A program made the translations under genes and the position numbers. Source: Chiloscyllium plagiosum (Eukaryota). Taken from it: 64,000 nt of DNA. The stretch is taken from assembly GCF_004010195.1 (NCBI RefSeq), contig NC_057753.1, positions 2,129,243 to 2,193,242 of the forward strand, given 5' to 3'. The first letter of the stretch is position 1. Every line of letters starts with the position of its first letter. A model generated the notes under the pieces. The model was not told the origin of the DNA. It worked only from the letters and a program-made list of their open reading frames with translations, and did not search any database. Positions 39,001 to 52,328 of the stretch are shown here, piece by piece.

Positions 39001-40224
39001 ATAACCAGAACAGAGCAAAAGATACTTGCAGGTTTACCGAGTTGCTCCTGTCCTGTCCCACATATCTGGTCAAATAAAGTCTCGGATAAAGCTATTTCAG
39101 TTTTCTTATTACAACCTGATGTTGTGGATTTTTAACTTTGTCCACCCCAGTCCAGCACTAGCACCGGCATACCCTGACTGTTATCTTTTGCAAGGAATTC
39201 AATACGCACATATTGTTTCCTGTTTAAAGAAGTTAATAACACGGGGGAAGACTTTAGTATCGGTACATTCGATTGGTTTGAAGACCTATGAACGATTCTG
39301 CTTTCGTGTGATGAGTTACTTGCGGTGCCAGTAGGTCAGAGTGGTTGCATATTACTGCTACATTTGCGTTGGAGCTTGTTGGGCATTAACTCTGATTTAT
39401 GATGTGTAATGATATGTTGTAATTGCATGTCTCTATCAAGTAGACCATAGTCCCTCAGAAATATTAGGAATTATTTTGTTGTCTCATGCCCGAGGTGAAC
39501 TCTAGAACGTGTAGTTGATAATATTTGTGTTTCAGATCGAAACGACCTTTTGGAATTATCCCCATAGATCTGTTTACCAGTTATGTCTGAGTTGCTCGAC
39601 GAACTGTCTTTATTTTTGCTTTGTGAGTGTTTATTCGAATGATGTCGGTGAACTCGAATTATTCATCCAACCAAGGAATATCAACATTAGCCACATTTTC
39701 ACAACGTCATGGAGAAAATGCATTCCTGTTATTTGAAGGAGAAGGGATGTGCACATTATTGTGGAGAAAAGGGCAGATATTACCTGGACCTCTATCAAGC
39801 GTGGTAATCGAGGAGTTCTCAACTAATGGAAAGTAGAGGGCCATTCGAAATTTTGCAGAGAAGGCTGCATCATAATCAGAATAGTTCATTTATCGGGAAA
39901 GAAAATGGGATAGTGAAATTCTAAATGCAATTCAATGTTGCTGTCTGATCTCGATCACCTTGCAGTGGAGATTGACTCATAACCTAGTCACAGAAATGGG
40001 AAGGCAAATTTAAGGAAGGAAAGTTAACATTGCACAATAACATGATACACGTCCCATGGAAAGCATTGGAATCAAATGTATATTTTTTTGGCTGAACTCT
40101 GCATGAGTTCAGCACCCGTGAACAGTACATTGATAAATCTGCTGGAAAATAGCTGATGTATGTGGCCTGAGTGCAATTGAGAAGGGTAATTTCCAAATAT
40201 CCAATTATAAAAAGTTTCTAATAA

Positions 40225-40320
40225 AACGTAAACACCAACCAGGCAGCAGCTGCAAAAAGGTGGTGTTGAAATTACGCTAATTGATGCTGAATTTCAAACC
40301 AACTAATTATCTCCCATGAG
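40225..40320 (+). promoter_or_regulatory. Candidate proximal promoter of GPCR copy C: GTAAACA, CAGCTG, CTAATTG, composite CTAATTATCTCCCATGAG
   Basis: It is conserved with 10396-10490. Function is inferred. Confidence 0.5.
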
Positions 40321-40390
40321 CCTCGGCATGAAGCTTATTAGTGACCATTTCTTAGTGATCTGCAGAAAGTGGCCGGACCTTCCTTGAAAT

Positions 40391-40460
40391 ATGCATGGGG
40401 TACCACAAGGTCTGGTGTTCGCCATTTATTATCCTGTTATCGGAGCTGTTGGGGTTCCAG
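40391..40460 (+). CDS. GPR139/GPR142-like GPCR copy C, coding exon 1 (MHGVPQGLVFAIYYPVIGAVGVP, phase 1)
   Basis: ATG is at 40391 and the donor CAG|GTAAAG at 40460/40461. It is in frame with 42487. Confidence 0.88.
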
Positions 40461-40486
40461 GTAAAGTACTTCAGTTATTTCGTTTC

Positions 40487-42030
40487 TGTGAGGTGTTATG
40501 AATTTGAAAATGTGCAGTGTACCTTCAAGAGAGAGTGAAAACTGTCTTGCACTGACAGTTTGCAAGAACCTGTCATGTGATTTACTGGCAGTCTCAGAAT
40601 TTACTGGACTACTTAAAATACGTAACATTTGGCTATTTTCACAACAGTTCGAATTTAACCAATCAGTTTAAATTATGTCCCGGGATACTAAAAACCAATC
40701 GAGTTTGAAAATATTGATATTGTCAACCTCGAACCAATGAGGGGTTCTGATATTTGGGGTAAAAAAGAAGCCGGCATTTTGAGAGCCAGAGAGAGTGAAC
40801 AACTGCCATCGTCAGAGTGACAACCAGCAAAAATGCCCTCTATCAAAGATACCTTTTTCAAATGCAATATCTTTGCAGCAAAAGACCGAAGATGACTCAG
40901 TGAGATCTGCAGCTGAAAGAGGACTGACACCAAAGACGACAGCTGCTCGGTGATTTTGCAAATTAAGTTGATGTAATTTTAATAGCTACTTTTATTGGAT
41001 CAGTATCTTGTTATTGAGTTGGAGGCAGAAAAAAGAGGCTTAGAGCTGTAAAATATTGTTGTTTAATGTTTACTCTTAGAGTTAAAGGATACAATTGATA
41101 TTTCTTTCTTTGTGATAGCCATTTCTCCCCTGGGGAAAAACCCCTGATATTCATTCTCTCTATGCCTCTCATCATCTTATACACCTCTAACAAGTCACCG
41201 CTCATCCTTCCTCGTTCGATTGAGGAAAGCTTTAGCTCCCTCAACCTCTCTTCACAAGATGTGCCCTCCAGTCCAGGCAGCATCCTGGTAAATTTCCTTG
41301 GCATCCTCTCTAAAGTGTCTGTATATTTCGTATAATCAGGCGAGCAGAACTGAAGACAATATTCCAAGTTTGTTTTAGCCAGGTTTCTATAGAGTTGCAG
41401 CATAACTTTGCAGCTCTTAAACTCAATCCCCCTGCAAGGAAAGCCCACACACCAAACGCCTTCTTAACAACCCAATCAACTTTGATGGCAATTTTGAGGA
41501 ATCTGTGGACCTGGGCATGAAAACGCCTATTTTTCTCCACTCTGCAAAGTTCACTGCCTTTTGCTCTGTCTTCTGTATTCAAATTCGGTCTTCCAAAATG
41601 AATCACTTCACAGTTTTCCAAGTTGAACTCCATCTGCCACTTCTCAGCCCATGTTCTGCATCCTATCGGTATCCCGTTGCAACCTACAACAGCCGTCCAG
41701 ACTATCTACAACTCCACCGAGCTTCGTGTTATCGACAACCGTAATAACTTAGGCTTTCTGATCCAAAATATTTATGAAAATCACAAAGAAAGAGGTCCCA
41801 GAACAGATCCAGGGGGACGACCACTGGTCACCGTGCTCGAGGCTCAACACGTTCTATTTACTACCATTTTCTGTCTTCCACCGGGCCAGACAATTCTGTA
41901 TCAAGAAAGCAAAACTTGCCTGTATCCCATGTTTCCTTACTTTTAGAATGAGTCTACCATACGGAAACCAAACAAACGCCTTGCTAAAATTCATATACAC
42001 TGCATCCACTGTTCTATCTTCTGAAGTATT
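40487..42030. mobile_element. Intron of copy C: truncated LTR-like insertion (40487 to about 41110) fused to minus-strand CR1 (about 41111-42030)
   Basis: The first part matches 25990-26620 and the second part matches 11277-12330. It reads GIEFKSCKVMLQLYRNL..RKFTRMLPGLE. Confidence 0.8.
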
Positions 42031-42486
42031 GTTTACACAAGTTCCCAGAAATTAATCTGCACGGGAAAACTATTGTGTAAATTCAAAATATATAAACATA
42101 TCAAAGTAAGGGCTGTGGCGTCTCATTATGTGAATTATTATTTTTTCATCCATGTGCACTATCTTTTTTTTACCTCTCTTGCCTATTCAAGGTTATGGTA
42201 TTGGCATCAACAATCTTCTTGTTGTCTATTTGTATCTTTTTAACTTTGCATTCTTACATCACAGTCCTACCTTAATTTTGGCACAAATGACATCTTGAAA
42301 TGTAGTAACCTTATTTCCCTGCCCTAATGGATTACATTAAGTCCAGCTTTACGTTTGAAGTGTATCAATTTCACAATGAGTACATCATAGTGTTGAGAGA
42401 GGCACAATAGCAATCTAATGAGCAAATTTCTCATTTCATTCTTTCCTTTGCAATCATTTAGTATGTCTCTACATACATTTTTACAG

Positions 42487-43391
42487 CTAACTTGACAGTG
42501 ATTGTGATACTGTATCGAAGAAGATGTGGTCTGTCAGGATGCGTCACATATTATCTATTGTCCATGGCCGTGAGTGATCTCCTAGTCATCGTCGTGACTG
42601 TAATGTTAAGTCGAGTTGCTGGAATTTACTTCCCTTTCAGTTATTTCTCCCTCACACCGGTTTGCAGTCTACGTGCAGCTTTAATCTATGCAGCCATCGA
42701 CAGTTCTACCTGGTTAACAGTTGCTTTCACCTTCGACAGATTTGTGGCCATTTCTTGTCAGCAGCTGAAAATAAAATACTGTACTGAGAGGACAGCAGCA
42801 CGAGTTATAGGAATTATCTCTGTTCTGAGTTGCGTAAAAAGTTCATTTATGTATTTTATAACCGAGCCAAGGTATATAATTAACAATGTACCCTGGTTTT
42901 GCAACACAAAGTTAACATTTTATACATCACCCGCATGGATCATATATGATTTGATTCGGTCTATTTTAACTCCTTGCATTCCATTCATCCTAACTCTACT
43001 GCTCAATGCTTTGACTGTCAGACACATTCTAGCAGCCAATAGAGCCCGCAGGAGACTCCTTACGCAGAAAACGAGAGAAGATAGAAAGGACAGGGAGAAC
43101 GATAAACGGAAAAAGTCCATGATTTTACTTTTTGCTATCTCGGGTAGTTTCATTCTGTCATATTGTTTATTTTTTACGACGGTGCTTTATTTTCGCATTG
43201 CAAGTCTTACCTACTTTTCTAATTCCAATCAATCAGCCTTTATTCTCGAGCAAAGTGGATACATGATTCAGATAATTAGTTCGTGCATCAATCCGTTTAT
43301 TTATGCTGGGACCCAAAGGAAATTCAGAGATGAGTTAAGAAATGGGGTCAAATATCCATTCCAAGTAATTATTAACTTATTTAAAATTTGA
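42487..43391 (+). CDS. GPR139/GPR142-like GPCR copy C, coding exon 2 (324 aa with exon 1)
   Basis: The acceptor tttttacag ends at 42486. The ORF is intact, with AFTFDRFVAIS and SCINPFIY, and is about 93% identical to copy A by manual count. Confidence 0.93.
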
Positions 43392-44846
43392 CAATGGTAA
43401 CATTTGATATGGCTTGTCTGCTGTATTCTCACATGAATTCTAGAGTATAGTATCTAATTCATTTTTCTTCTTTGTTAATTGCAAAACATTGTTAACAGGG
43501 TGAACTCTATTTTTTGTTCTTACCCAAGGCATGGATTAACTAATATAAAAGAAATATGACTTTACCCCTATTTGTGTAATCTGATAAATTGCTCCAAGGT
43601 GACTTTCTGTCCTGTGACCTTGCCACTAATCCTGGGCGCCCGACAATCTAGGTCATTGAAGACCAGTTCAGAACCTGGAAGCATTACCTGATTAGTCATG
43701 CAGAAACGGTTTTTTCGTTTTAATTAATATGATTAGAAGGTGACTGGTCAGGCCAGCATTAATTACATTTGTCGTCTCTGTCGAGTGTGCTGGCTTAATT
43801 TTATTCTTAGGTGAAATCCTCTATTGCTCCACTTTTAGAACAATCCCTTTAGAATTTGGCAAGGTTAATTACCTAGTTGCTCTTGTTTGTGCCCTGCACG
43901 AGTCTGGACTGATTAGTGTGTAATGAGTTCTTTCGACTTCTTAGTTGGAGCGCATTGTTTGCTGGGGTACACAGAAGCACTATGTTTTGTTTTGCCCAGT
44001 GCTTCTCTTCACCAATGCATTGGTCCCTGACTTTTTCAGGGCAGCGAATCAATTTCACTATTAATCAAAGCTACCTCTGATTCTAAAAATCTCAGTCCTT
44101 TATTCATAAGCACATGGATGGGCACATATGACACCCTGCTTGCATTTGCTCTTCTTTATCTTGTTTTATGAAGTATATTGTTCTGTGAGCGCAGTGGTTC
44201 CATCATTACACAACTATCAACGATACGTCGAATGTGTACGACATTGACAGCTTAGAAGTCCATTATGATGTCTCAGGTCTGGTTCCTGCATGCAATCATT
44301 GAGGACTGGCTGAGTGCTGTCATGCTGGCTTTACCAGCTTTTAGCATAGAGAGACTCCCACTCACCTGACTGCAAATCTTATGCATAGGGAACACCCTTT
44401 TCACTTCTAAAACACATTTAAGTTTGTCAGCTTAATATTGCAGTGTACATTTATTTTCTTCACGTTATTGTTCCTTTTTCAGCACTGCAGTGTCTGCAGC
44501 ACAATGCTTCATGCTGCACCATGGGCTTTAATTTTAAGGTAGACTGTGGTAGTGAGAAAGAGAATTATACATTTCTCAGACAGAAATACTTGAAGAGTTG
44601 CATTCCATTTTTTTTTAAAAATGAGTTTTGGCAGATGAATGGTAGCTTCAGGCCGAATGCAGAAGACTCACAACGTGCTTACAATTAAACGTGAAATTAT
44701 TTAAGGTCAGCATTCTTGGGAATCTTTCCTATTTCATAATTGAACATAAATTGATCGTTTCTGAAATTAACTGACATTCATGTCAATGTTGCTACTACAA
44801 TAAAATCTACCAAGCTACTGCAATAATGTTGATTATCGTTGAACCT

Positions 44847-45290
44847 ACAAAAACTGCATACATTCATGTAGAACTCTGAGCTCCAAAACTGCACGAATTT
44901 ATGTAAAACTCTGTTATCTCACTTTTTAGATTAGAATCAATCTAAACATCAGGTCATAGATAGAGAACACACGGGGCTAACACCTTCAACATATTGTCTA
45001 GCTATCACCATTGTTAACAGCTAACCCGAGAATGCAACTTAAAAAAAAGGTTTTGTGATTTACACATGAAAGAAGTGAAACTATCACTGTATTTTAACAG
45101 ATGAAAGGCTTAACAGACAATCAAGTTTTTCGATGTATAATTTCAGTTACATCATACTGCAAATTTTTGCTATAAATTCTGAGTTACGATCGAGCCCTCC
45201 ACTATCACCTGATGAAGGAGCGTCGCTCCGAAAGCTAGTGTGCTTCCAATTAAACCTGTTGGACTATAACCTGGTGTTGTGTGATTTTTA
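44847..45290 (+). mobile_element. Neptune-type PLE tail/pLTR insertion, unit 3-specific
   Basis: It is reverse-complement homologous to 52329-52740. The empty site is at about 17400-17415. Confidence 0.8.
45206..45240 (+). ncRNA. Minimal type I hammerhead ribozyme motif
   Basis: cac CTGATGA a ggagc gtc gctcc GAAA gc TA gtg has the intact core, a 5-bp stem II, a 3-bp stem I and a palindromic AGCT stem III. Confidence 0.7.
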
Positions 45291-47834
45291 ACCCTGGAAA
45301 TTGTGAGTTTACACTATTGGTAAAATAATGTATAATTATCTCTAGTCAAAAAAAATGCAACGACTTGTGATGTGAACAGACTTTTGCCTTAAGCAAGAAT
45401 GGAAAATTGTCAAAGGATAAAGAAATAGTCAAATTTCCTGCTCTATGTTTATGTGTTTTACAAGTGTGGGTATTTTGAATACACGAACAGCCACTGCTTG
45501 TAGGCAACTGGGAATCCAAGAAATGTCTGAAATTATACTACAACGTAATTGATCGTGTTACATGCATAATCATTGAAGATGTGCTTGTTCCACTCAACTA
45601 CTGACTTTCTTACAATATTAGTCTATTGATGGACGCAAGTTCTAAATTTCAGAGGTGAAGTGAGGCTGACTGCCCTTGACATCAAGGCCACATTTTACTG
45701 TACGCAAAAACCAGTAGCTCTGGAACAACTAGAATCTTTGGGTATTGGGGCGGGAGAGGGATGGTATCTCTGCGCCAGCTGGAGTCAAACCTGGTACAAA
45801 GCAATTTGGTTGTGTTGTTTAGAGGTCTTTCATCTTGACTCCAAGACATCACTGCAGATGTTCCTCATCAAAGGAATCAATTTTTACTGTGTCATCAATG
45901 ATCTTCCTTCCATAATAATGTTAAGAGTGGGGAAGATCACTGACTATTCGACAATGTTCAGCACCATTTACAATTCTTCAGATGTTGAAGCAAATCATGT
46001 CCAAATGCAGCAAGGCCTCGAAAACATTTAGGTTTGAGCAGCCAAGAGGCTAATCGCGTTTGTGATGCACAAGCAATGTCCAGCTCCCAGCGAGAATCTA
46101 CACATCATATTCAACAGCAGTGCCATTGCTGAGTCACCCATTACCAACATCCTGCCGTTACTATCGATTAGTTATCAAACATTTCAATATTGTCGCTTCA
46201 AGAATATGTGAGCGGTTAAAAAACATCTGTCGCAATTAATCAACTCACTTCTTGCCAAATTCTGTTCACCATCTCCAACGAACGAGTCAAGCCACTTGTG
46301 ATGCTTCAAAAACACTCAAGAAACTTGATACCATCCAGGACAGATGCCTGCTTGGTTGCCATGACAGGCACACCTTCAATTAGTGATGGTCAGTCGCAGC
46401 TTTTTGAACCACAGAAATTCACCAAAGTTCCTTGCACAGTACCTCCCAAACCCATAGGCCTCCACAATCTAGAAGGACAAGGATGTCAGATACATTAGTA
46501 CGCCACGAACTGCAAGTCAAATTCCTGGTACCTCCTCTCTCACAGCAATAAATGTTGGCCGAGCAAATGGTGTCCAAATCGGTTGACTGGATATTTTTTA
46601 AAAATCTGGATTCATCATTCACTCAACAGATCTTTGCTTTTGTGGAATTTTTCTTTGCAGTTTGTACAAAACAATATTGCAAAACTGGAACAATAGTGAG
46701 CCCAGTGTTGGCACCGTGTGAATTGTTCATGTAATCAGTGGATATGGGCTTGGTTTACCTGGCAGCATTAATTGCATGTTCCTGTTTGCCCCTGTGGAGG
46801 TACTGGCGAGACAGTTTCTTGAACTATGGCATTTCATTTGTTGTAGATACATTCATCATGCTTGTCAGGCATGATTCCTAACCTGGTTTCAGATCAGATT
46901 TCAAATTCTGATGAAGATCAGTTAAGTACCTGACATTTGAATCTAAAACAATTTAATTCCAAAAAAAATACTAACTGGTTTTTCGGCAAGGTTCATCTCT
47001 CATTGAATTAGAAATTACATTATACGTTTGCCAGGTTTTTCAGGAACTACTGACATTTAGATCTGCAAGAAAAGAATATGAGTTCATGCCAGGGGCTGTT
47101 TCAATGCAGTGACCTTCACACTTCCCTGATTTTCTAAACCTGCTCTCTGTGAATAAAGCAACAAAACGCATCTCCTTACAAAAACCTTACTTTTACTAGT
47201 CATTTGATTGGTTTGTAAACATAAACTTAAGTAGGTTTATGCTCCCCCAGTACAGTCATAGGTTCAGCCAAAGAAGAGGCGCTTCAACTGACTTAGTTAC
47301 TGACTTACATACACTAATGCCACTTTCTCGCATTTGGAGGACTGTCAGCGACCAAGCATCTGGCTCACTCCCAATCTGGAGATCACCATGTCGTTTGGGC
47401 AATCAGACACTTCATAGAGAAAAATCGAAAATAGAAGTGCTTCCGGCCTTCTCCACTGATTTCTAAAGTCATAGTTGATCATCCAACTCAATACCCTGTC
47501 CCCACTTTACCTTCATACCCCTTGATTTCCTTTACCTCTAAGAATTATACCTTAAATCTTTCTTGAAGTGTTCACTTCTGACCTGAGCCATTTTCTATGG
47601 TAGAGGATTCCAAAGATTTACCCCATTCTCTCGCGCAAGAATCATCTCCTGCATCTCATTCCTAATTGACCTATGCCTTATACTTATACTGCAACAACTG
47701 TTTCTGGGCTTCTCCGTCATGAGGAACGTCAGTACTGTATTTATGTTCTGGAATGTGATAGGTTGCTACGATCTCTTCACCCCATGCCCCTTTCTGCTGA
47801 ACTTCAGTTAGTATGGTCCCAACTGAAAAATTAT

Positions 47835-50800
47835 ACAATCTCTACAGTGCAGAAGAGGCCATTCAACCCATCGAGCCCATACGGACCCTCTCAAGTGCAC
47901 CACACTCACACTATATCCCAGTAACCCCCTATATAGCACAGCTAACCTACCTAGCCTGTGCATTGCTAGACACAACAGACAATTTAACATTGGCGATCCA
48001 CTTAACCTGCACATCATTTAACACAGGGAGAACGTGCAACCTTCCCACAGACTGTCCTTTAAGGCTGGAACTGAATCTGGTTCTCTGGCGCTGTGAGGTA
48101 GCAGCGCTAACCACTGAACCACTGCGTGTGCCTCATCTCTATATGTGTCAGTACTGCATCCCAGAAATCACTACTAAACTTTTGCTTCACTCACTCCATA
48201 GGCAGAAACCTTTCCTCAGACGAGGAGACCAAGACTGCACACAATAGTACAGCTGTGCTTTCATCAAGACTCTGTATAATTGTGGGCAAGACATTTCTGC
48301 TCTTGCACTCGAATCTGTCCGCTATAGAGGCCAAAATATCATTTGGATTTTTCACCGTCCGCTGCACCTGCATGTTTTTTACCTGTGACTGTCGTACAAA
48401 GAACACCCAGATCTTGTTGACCCTATCTCCATTCTTATCTAGGTAAGAAAGGGGAAGTCGCATGGTATCAGGATGAACTGGCAAGATACATGGAGAATTG
48501 GATTAGTCATGAGAGACAGTGGGTAGCGGTGGAAGGATGCTTTTCAGAATAGATGGTTGTGATTACTGGTGCTCCACAGAGATCAGTGCTGAGACCTCTG
48601 TTAGTTGTGGTCTATATGAATGGTTTGGAGGAAAACGTAGCTGGTCTAATTAGTAACATTGAGGATCATTCACATTCTGGTAGAGGAGGATTATCAGAGG
48701 ATGTGATGTGGACATGCCAGTATTGGAATGGGGTGGACCAAGTCAGAATTCAAATGAAGCCACATTATAGTCCAACTGGTTTATTTGAAATCACAAGCTT
48801 TTGGAGCGCTACTCCTTCAGCCACTGTAACCTCGTGTCATGTGAATTCTGACTTTGTCAGAGGATACAGCAGGATGTACATCACTTGGTGGCATGGACAT
48901 CAAGATGGCAAGTGGAGTTTAATCCCAACAAATGTGAAGCGATGCATTTTGTAAGGTCAAGTACATGTGGAAATTTTACAGTGAATGACAGGATCTTCAG
49001 GAGTATTGTTGTGCAGAGAGATTTGTGTATACAAATCCACAGTTCATTGAAGGCGGCAGTGCAAGTAGACAAGGGAGAAAAAAGGCCGATGGCATGCTTG
49101 CCTTCATTGGAATGAGCAATTGCATATCAGAATAGATAAGTTATGCTGCAGCTGTACAGAATTTTAATAAGGCCACACTTGCATATTGTGTACAGTTCCA
49201 TTCACCACACTACCTGCAAGATGTGGATGCTTTCGAGAGAGTACAGAAAATGTTTACTAGAAGTTTCGACTGGTTTTTGGGATGTTAGCAATGAAGAAAG
49301 ATTGGATAGGCTGAGTTTTTTTTCACTGGAACACCGGAGGTTGATGGGCGACCTGATGGAAGTTTACAAGATTGTGAATCGCATGGATACAGCGGAAAGA
49401 ACGAGGCTTTTTGTAGTGTGGAGGGATCAATTATTGGGGACACTGATTCAAGGGACAGAGTAGGGTGGAGGAGGTGTGCCTAAAATAAACCTGCAAGAGT
49501 AATTTTTCACACAAAGCATGGTGAGTGCCTGGAACCTGCCAAAGGAGGTTAGTGCCAAAATAAGTGGTGGAAGCAGGCACAATAGCAAAATTCAAGACAC
49601 CTGGACGGACTTAAAAATAGGAACTGAATAGAGGAATATGGATCCTGTAAGGGAAGACGGTTTTAGTTCAGGAGGGTAAAATGGGTTGGCGCAGGCTTGG
49701 CACTCGAAGGGGCTGCTCCTGTGCTGTATTGTTCTTTTCTCTTTGCATCTATTGACCTTCAGCTAATAAGATGCCATCCTATTTTGCTCCCAACGTAGCT
49801 AACCTCACTTTTATCCATGGAATGCTTCATTGTTCATGCTTTTGTCCACTCGCCCAACTTGTTCACATCACACTGTCACATTTGTATATACTCTCCACAC
49901 TTCATCCTCCAACCCAACTTTTGTGTCAACTGCAAACTTTGAATGATTATGTTTAGTTGCCACATTTAATGCATTTTACATACTTTGAGCAACTTGGATG
50001 CAAGTATTGATCTCTGCAATACCGAAAAGTTAGTGTCTGCGATTTAGGAAAATGCTTATTTAGAGTCATAGAGATGTACAGCATGGAAACAGACCTTTTG
50101 GTCCAAACGGTCCATGCCGACCAGACATCCCAACCCAATCTATGTCTTCAAAGATTAATTCTTCTCTGTGTTTAACATGGCGAAAGAAATGAAGACTTGG
50201 AAAGTTGGGCATGTTAATGGTCATATCTTGGGGACAGTCCATATTAAAGGAGAGGTTGGATGTATTAGAGCAATGAAGTGGAATAAACCTCCTGCTCCTG
50301 AGCAGACGTAACCATGAACACTGCAAGACACTAGAGAAGGAATTGCGGGAGCCCTTGCTGATATTTTTGCATAATTGGTAGCCACAGGTGAGTTCCTGCA
50401 AGACTGGTGGGTAGTGAATGTTGTGCCCTTATTCAAGAAGGGCTGCAAAGAAAAACATGGGCTCTATTGACCAGTACGCTTAGCATCCGTGATATGGAAA
50501 GTTTTGGAGAAGATTCTGAGAGATAAGATATACAGTATTTGCAAACATAGTTTTAAATTAGTAATAGCTAGCATGGTTTTGTGGGAGCTTATGGCTCACA
50601 AATTTGTTAGAGCTATTTGATGACCAGGAAAGGTCATCAGGGAAGGGTGGTAGGCGTCATCTATATGGATTTCAGTTAGGCCTTTGGTACGGTTCCATAT
50701 GATTGGCTGCTCTGGAAGGTTAGATCGCATGGAATCCAGGTAAAGGTGTCAAATTGAATACACAATTACCTTGATAGTGGGAAACAGAGGGTAATAGTAG

Positions 50801-52308
50801 AAGGATGTTTGTCAGACTGGAGGGCTATGACTAGTGGCGTGCCTCAGCAGTCGCTGCTGGGTCCATTGCTTTTTGTTATCTATATCAATGATTTGGATGA
50901 AAATTTATACAGCATTATTACTAAGTTTGTAGACAATATTAACATAAGTGGATAGTGAGGAAGGTTATCATTGCAGCGGGACCTTCAGCAGCTGGAGATG
51001 TGGGCTGAGAAATGGCAAATGGAGTTTAATATAGATAAGTGTGAGGGCTTGCATTTTGGAAAGTCAAATCAAGAAATGAGTTTTATGGTGAAGAGTAGGG
51101 CGTTAAGGAGTGTAGTGGAACAGAGGGACATTGGAGTTCAGATGCATTATTCCCTGATAGTGGAGTCAAAGATAGACAGGGCAGTGAAGAAGCCTTTTGG
51201 CACACTGACCCTTATCAGTCAGGGCATTGAGTGAGAAATTGGGAAGTTACGTTGCAGTTATACAGGATTATGTTGAGGCTGCACTTGGAATATTGTGCTC
51301 GGTTTTGGTCATCTTGGTCCAGGAAGGATATAATTCAACTGGAAAGAGTGCAGAAGAAATTTACAAGGATATTGTTAGGGCTCAGTGATCTGAGCTATAA
51401 GGTGAGGCTGAGATTGGACAAGTGAGGATTTTATTTCTTCAGAGAGTCAGAGACAGAAGAGGGATCGTATAAAGGTGTATAAGATCATGAGAGGCATGGA
51501 TAGTGTGAATGCACTCACTCTTTTTCCTAAGGTTGGTGAATCGAGGATAAGAGGGCATTGGTTCAAGGCTAGAGGGGAAATAATAAAAGGGTACCACAGG
51601 GACAAATGTTTTGCATAGAGGGTGATAAGCATATGGAATGAGCATTCAGCAGAAGTGATTGAGATGGATACATTAACAACACTTAAAACACATTTTGACA
51701 AATACATGGGTAGAAATGTTTAGAAGGATATGGGCCGAGTACACAGAAATGGGTTCGCGTGCATGGGCATTTTGGTCGGCATGGACCAGTTTGGGTCAAA
51801 GAGCCTGTGTCATGCTGTAGGACTGTATGTCTCTATGAAATAGTTTTGTGTCTCCAACCAGTTTTCTATTCTTGTCAATAGACCATCCGAGTCCCATTCA
51901 CCTTAGTTGTGCATTCTAATGTCATATATGGGACCTTGATCAAAGTGTTCCGAAGGTTCAAGTAAATTTTAATCACTGGCTCTCCCACATTAACTTTACC
52001 AGTGACATCCTTGAACAATTCCAACAAGTTTTCCAAGCATTATTTAGTAAATCCATGCTGACTCTCCATGATGCTGTAATTGTTTTACAAGAAGTTTACT
52101 TTCCTTTATTTTCAAATGGAAGAATTAGATTAGCAATCCTGTAATCCATAGAAATGGTTACAGAATTTACAGAATCATGCAAGTTGAGCACAAATACTGA
52201 AACTAATTCTTGAGTCACTCCCTTAAATTAACATGGATTTAAGCTGTCTGATCCTCCGAATTTATTGGCATTTTATTCCATCAATTTTCCAAATCCCATC
52301 TCAATACT
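47835..52308. mobile_element. SINE + CR1 + PLE mosaic, paralogous to 19990-24480
   Basis: It has the same fragments and order, e.g. WAEKWQMEFNIDKC and LEYCARFWS. An extra short CR1 3' tail lies at about 50063-50142. Confidence 0.8.
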
Positions 52309-52328
52309 AATCATGATTTTCTTCAGTT

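Noticed and set aside
42920..43153. Antisense ORF over GPCR C
   Set aside because: It is a shadow frame of the coding strand.
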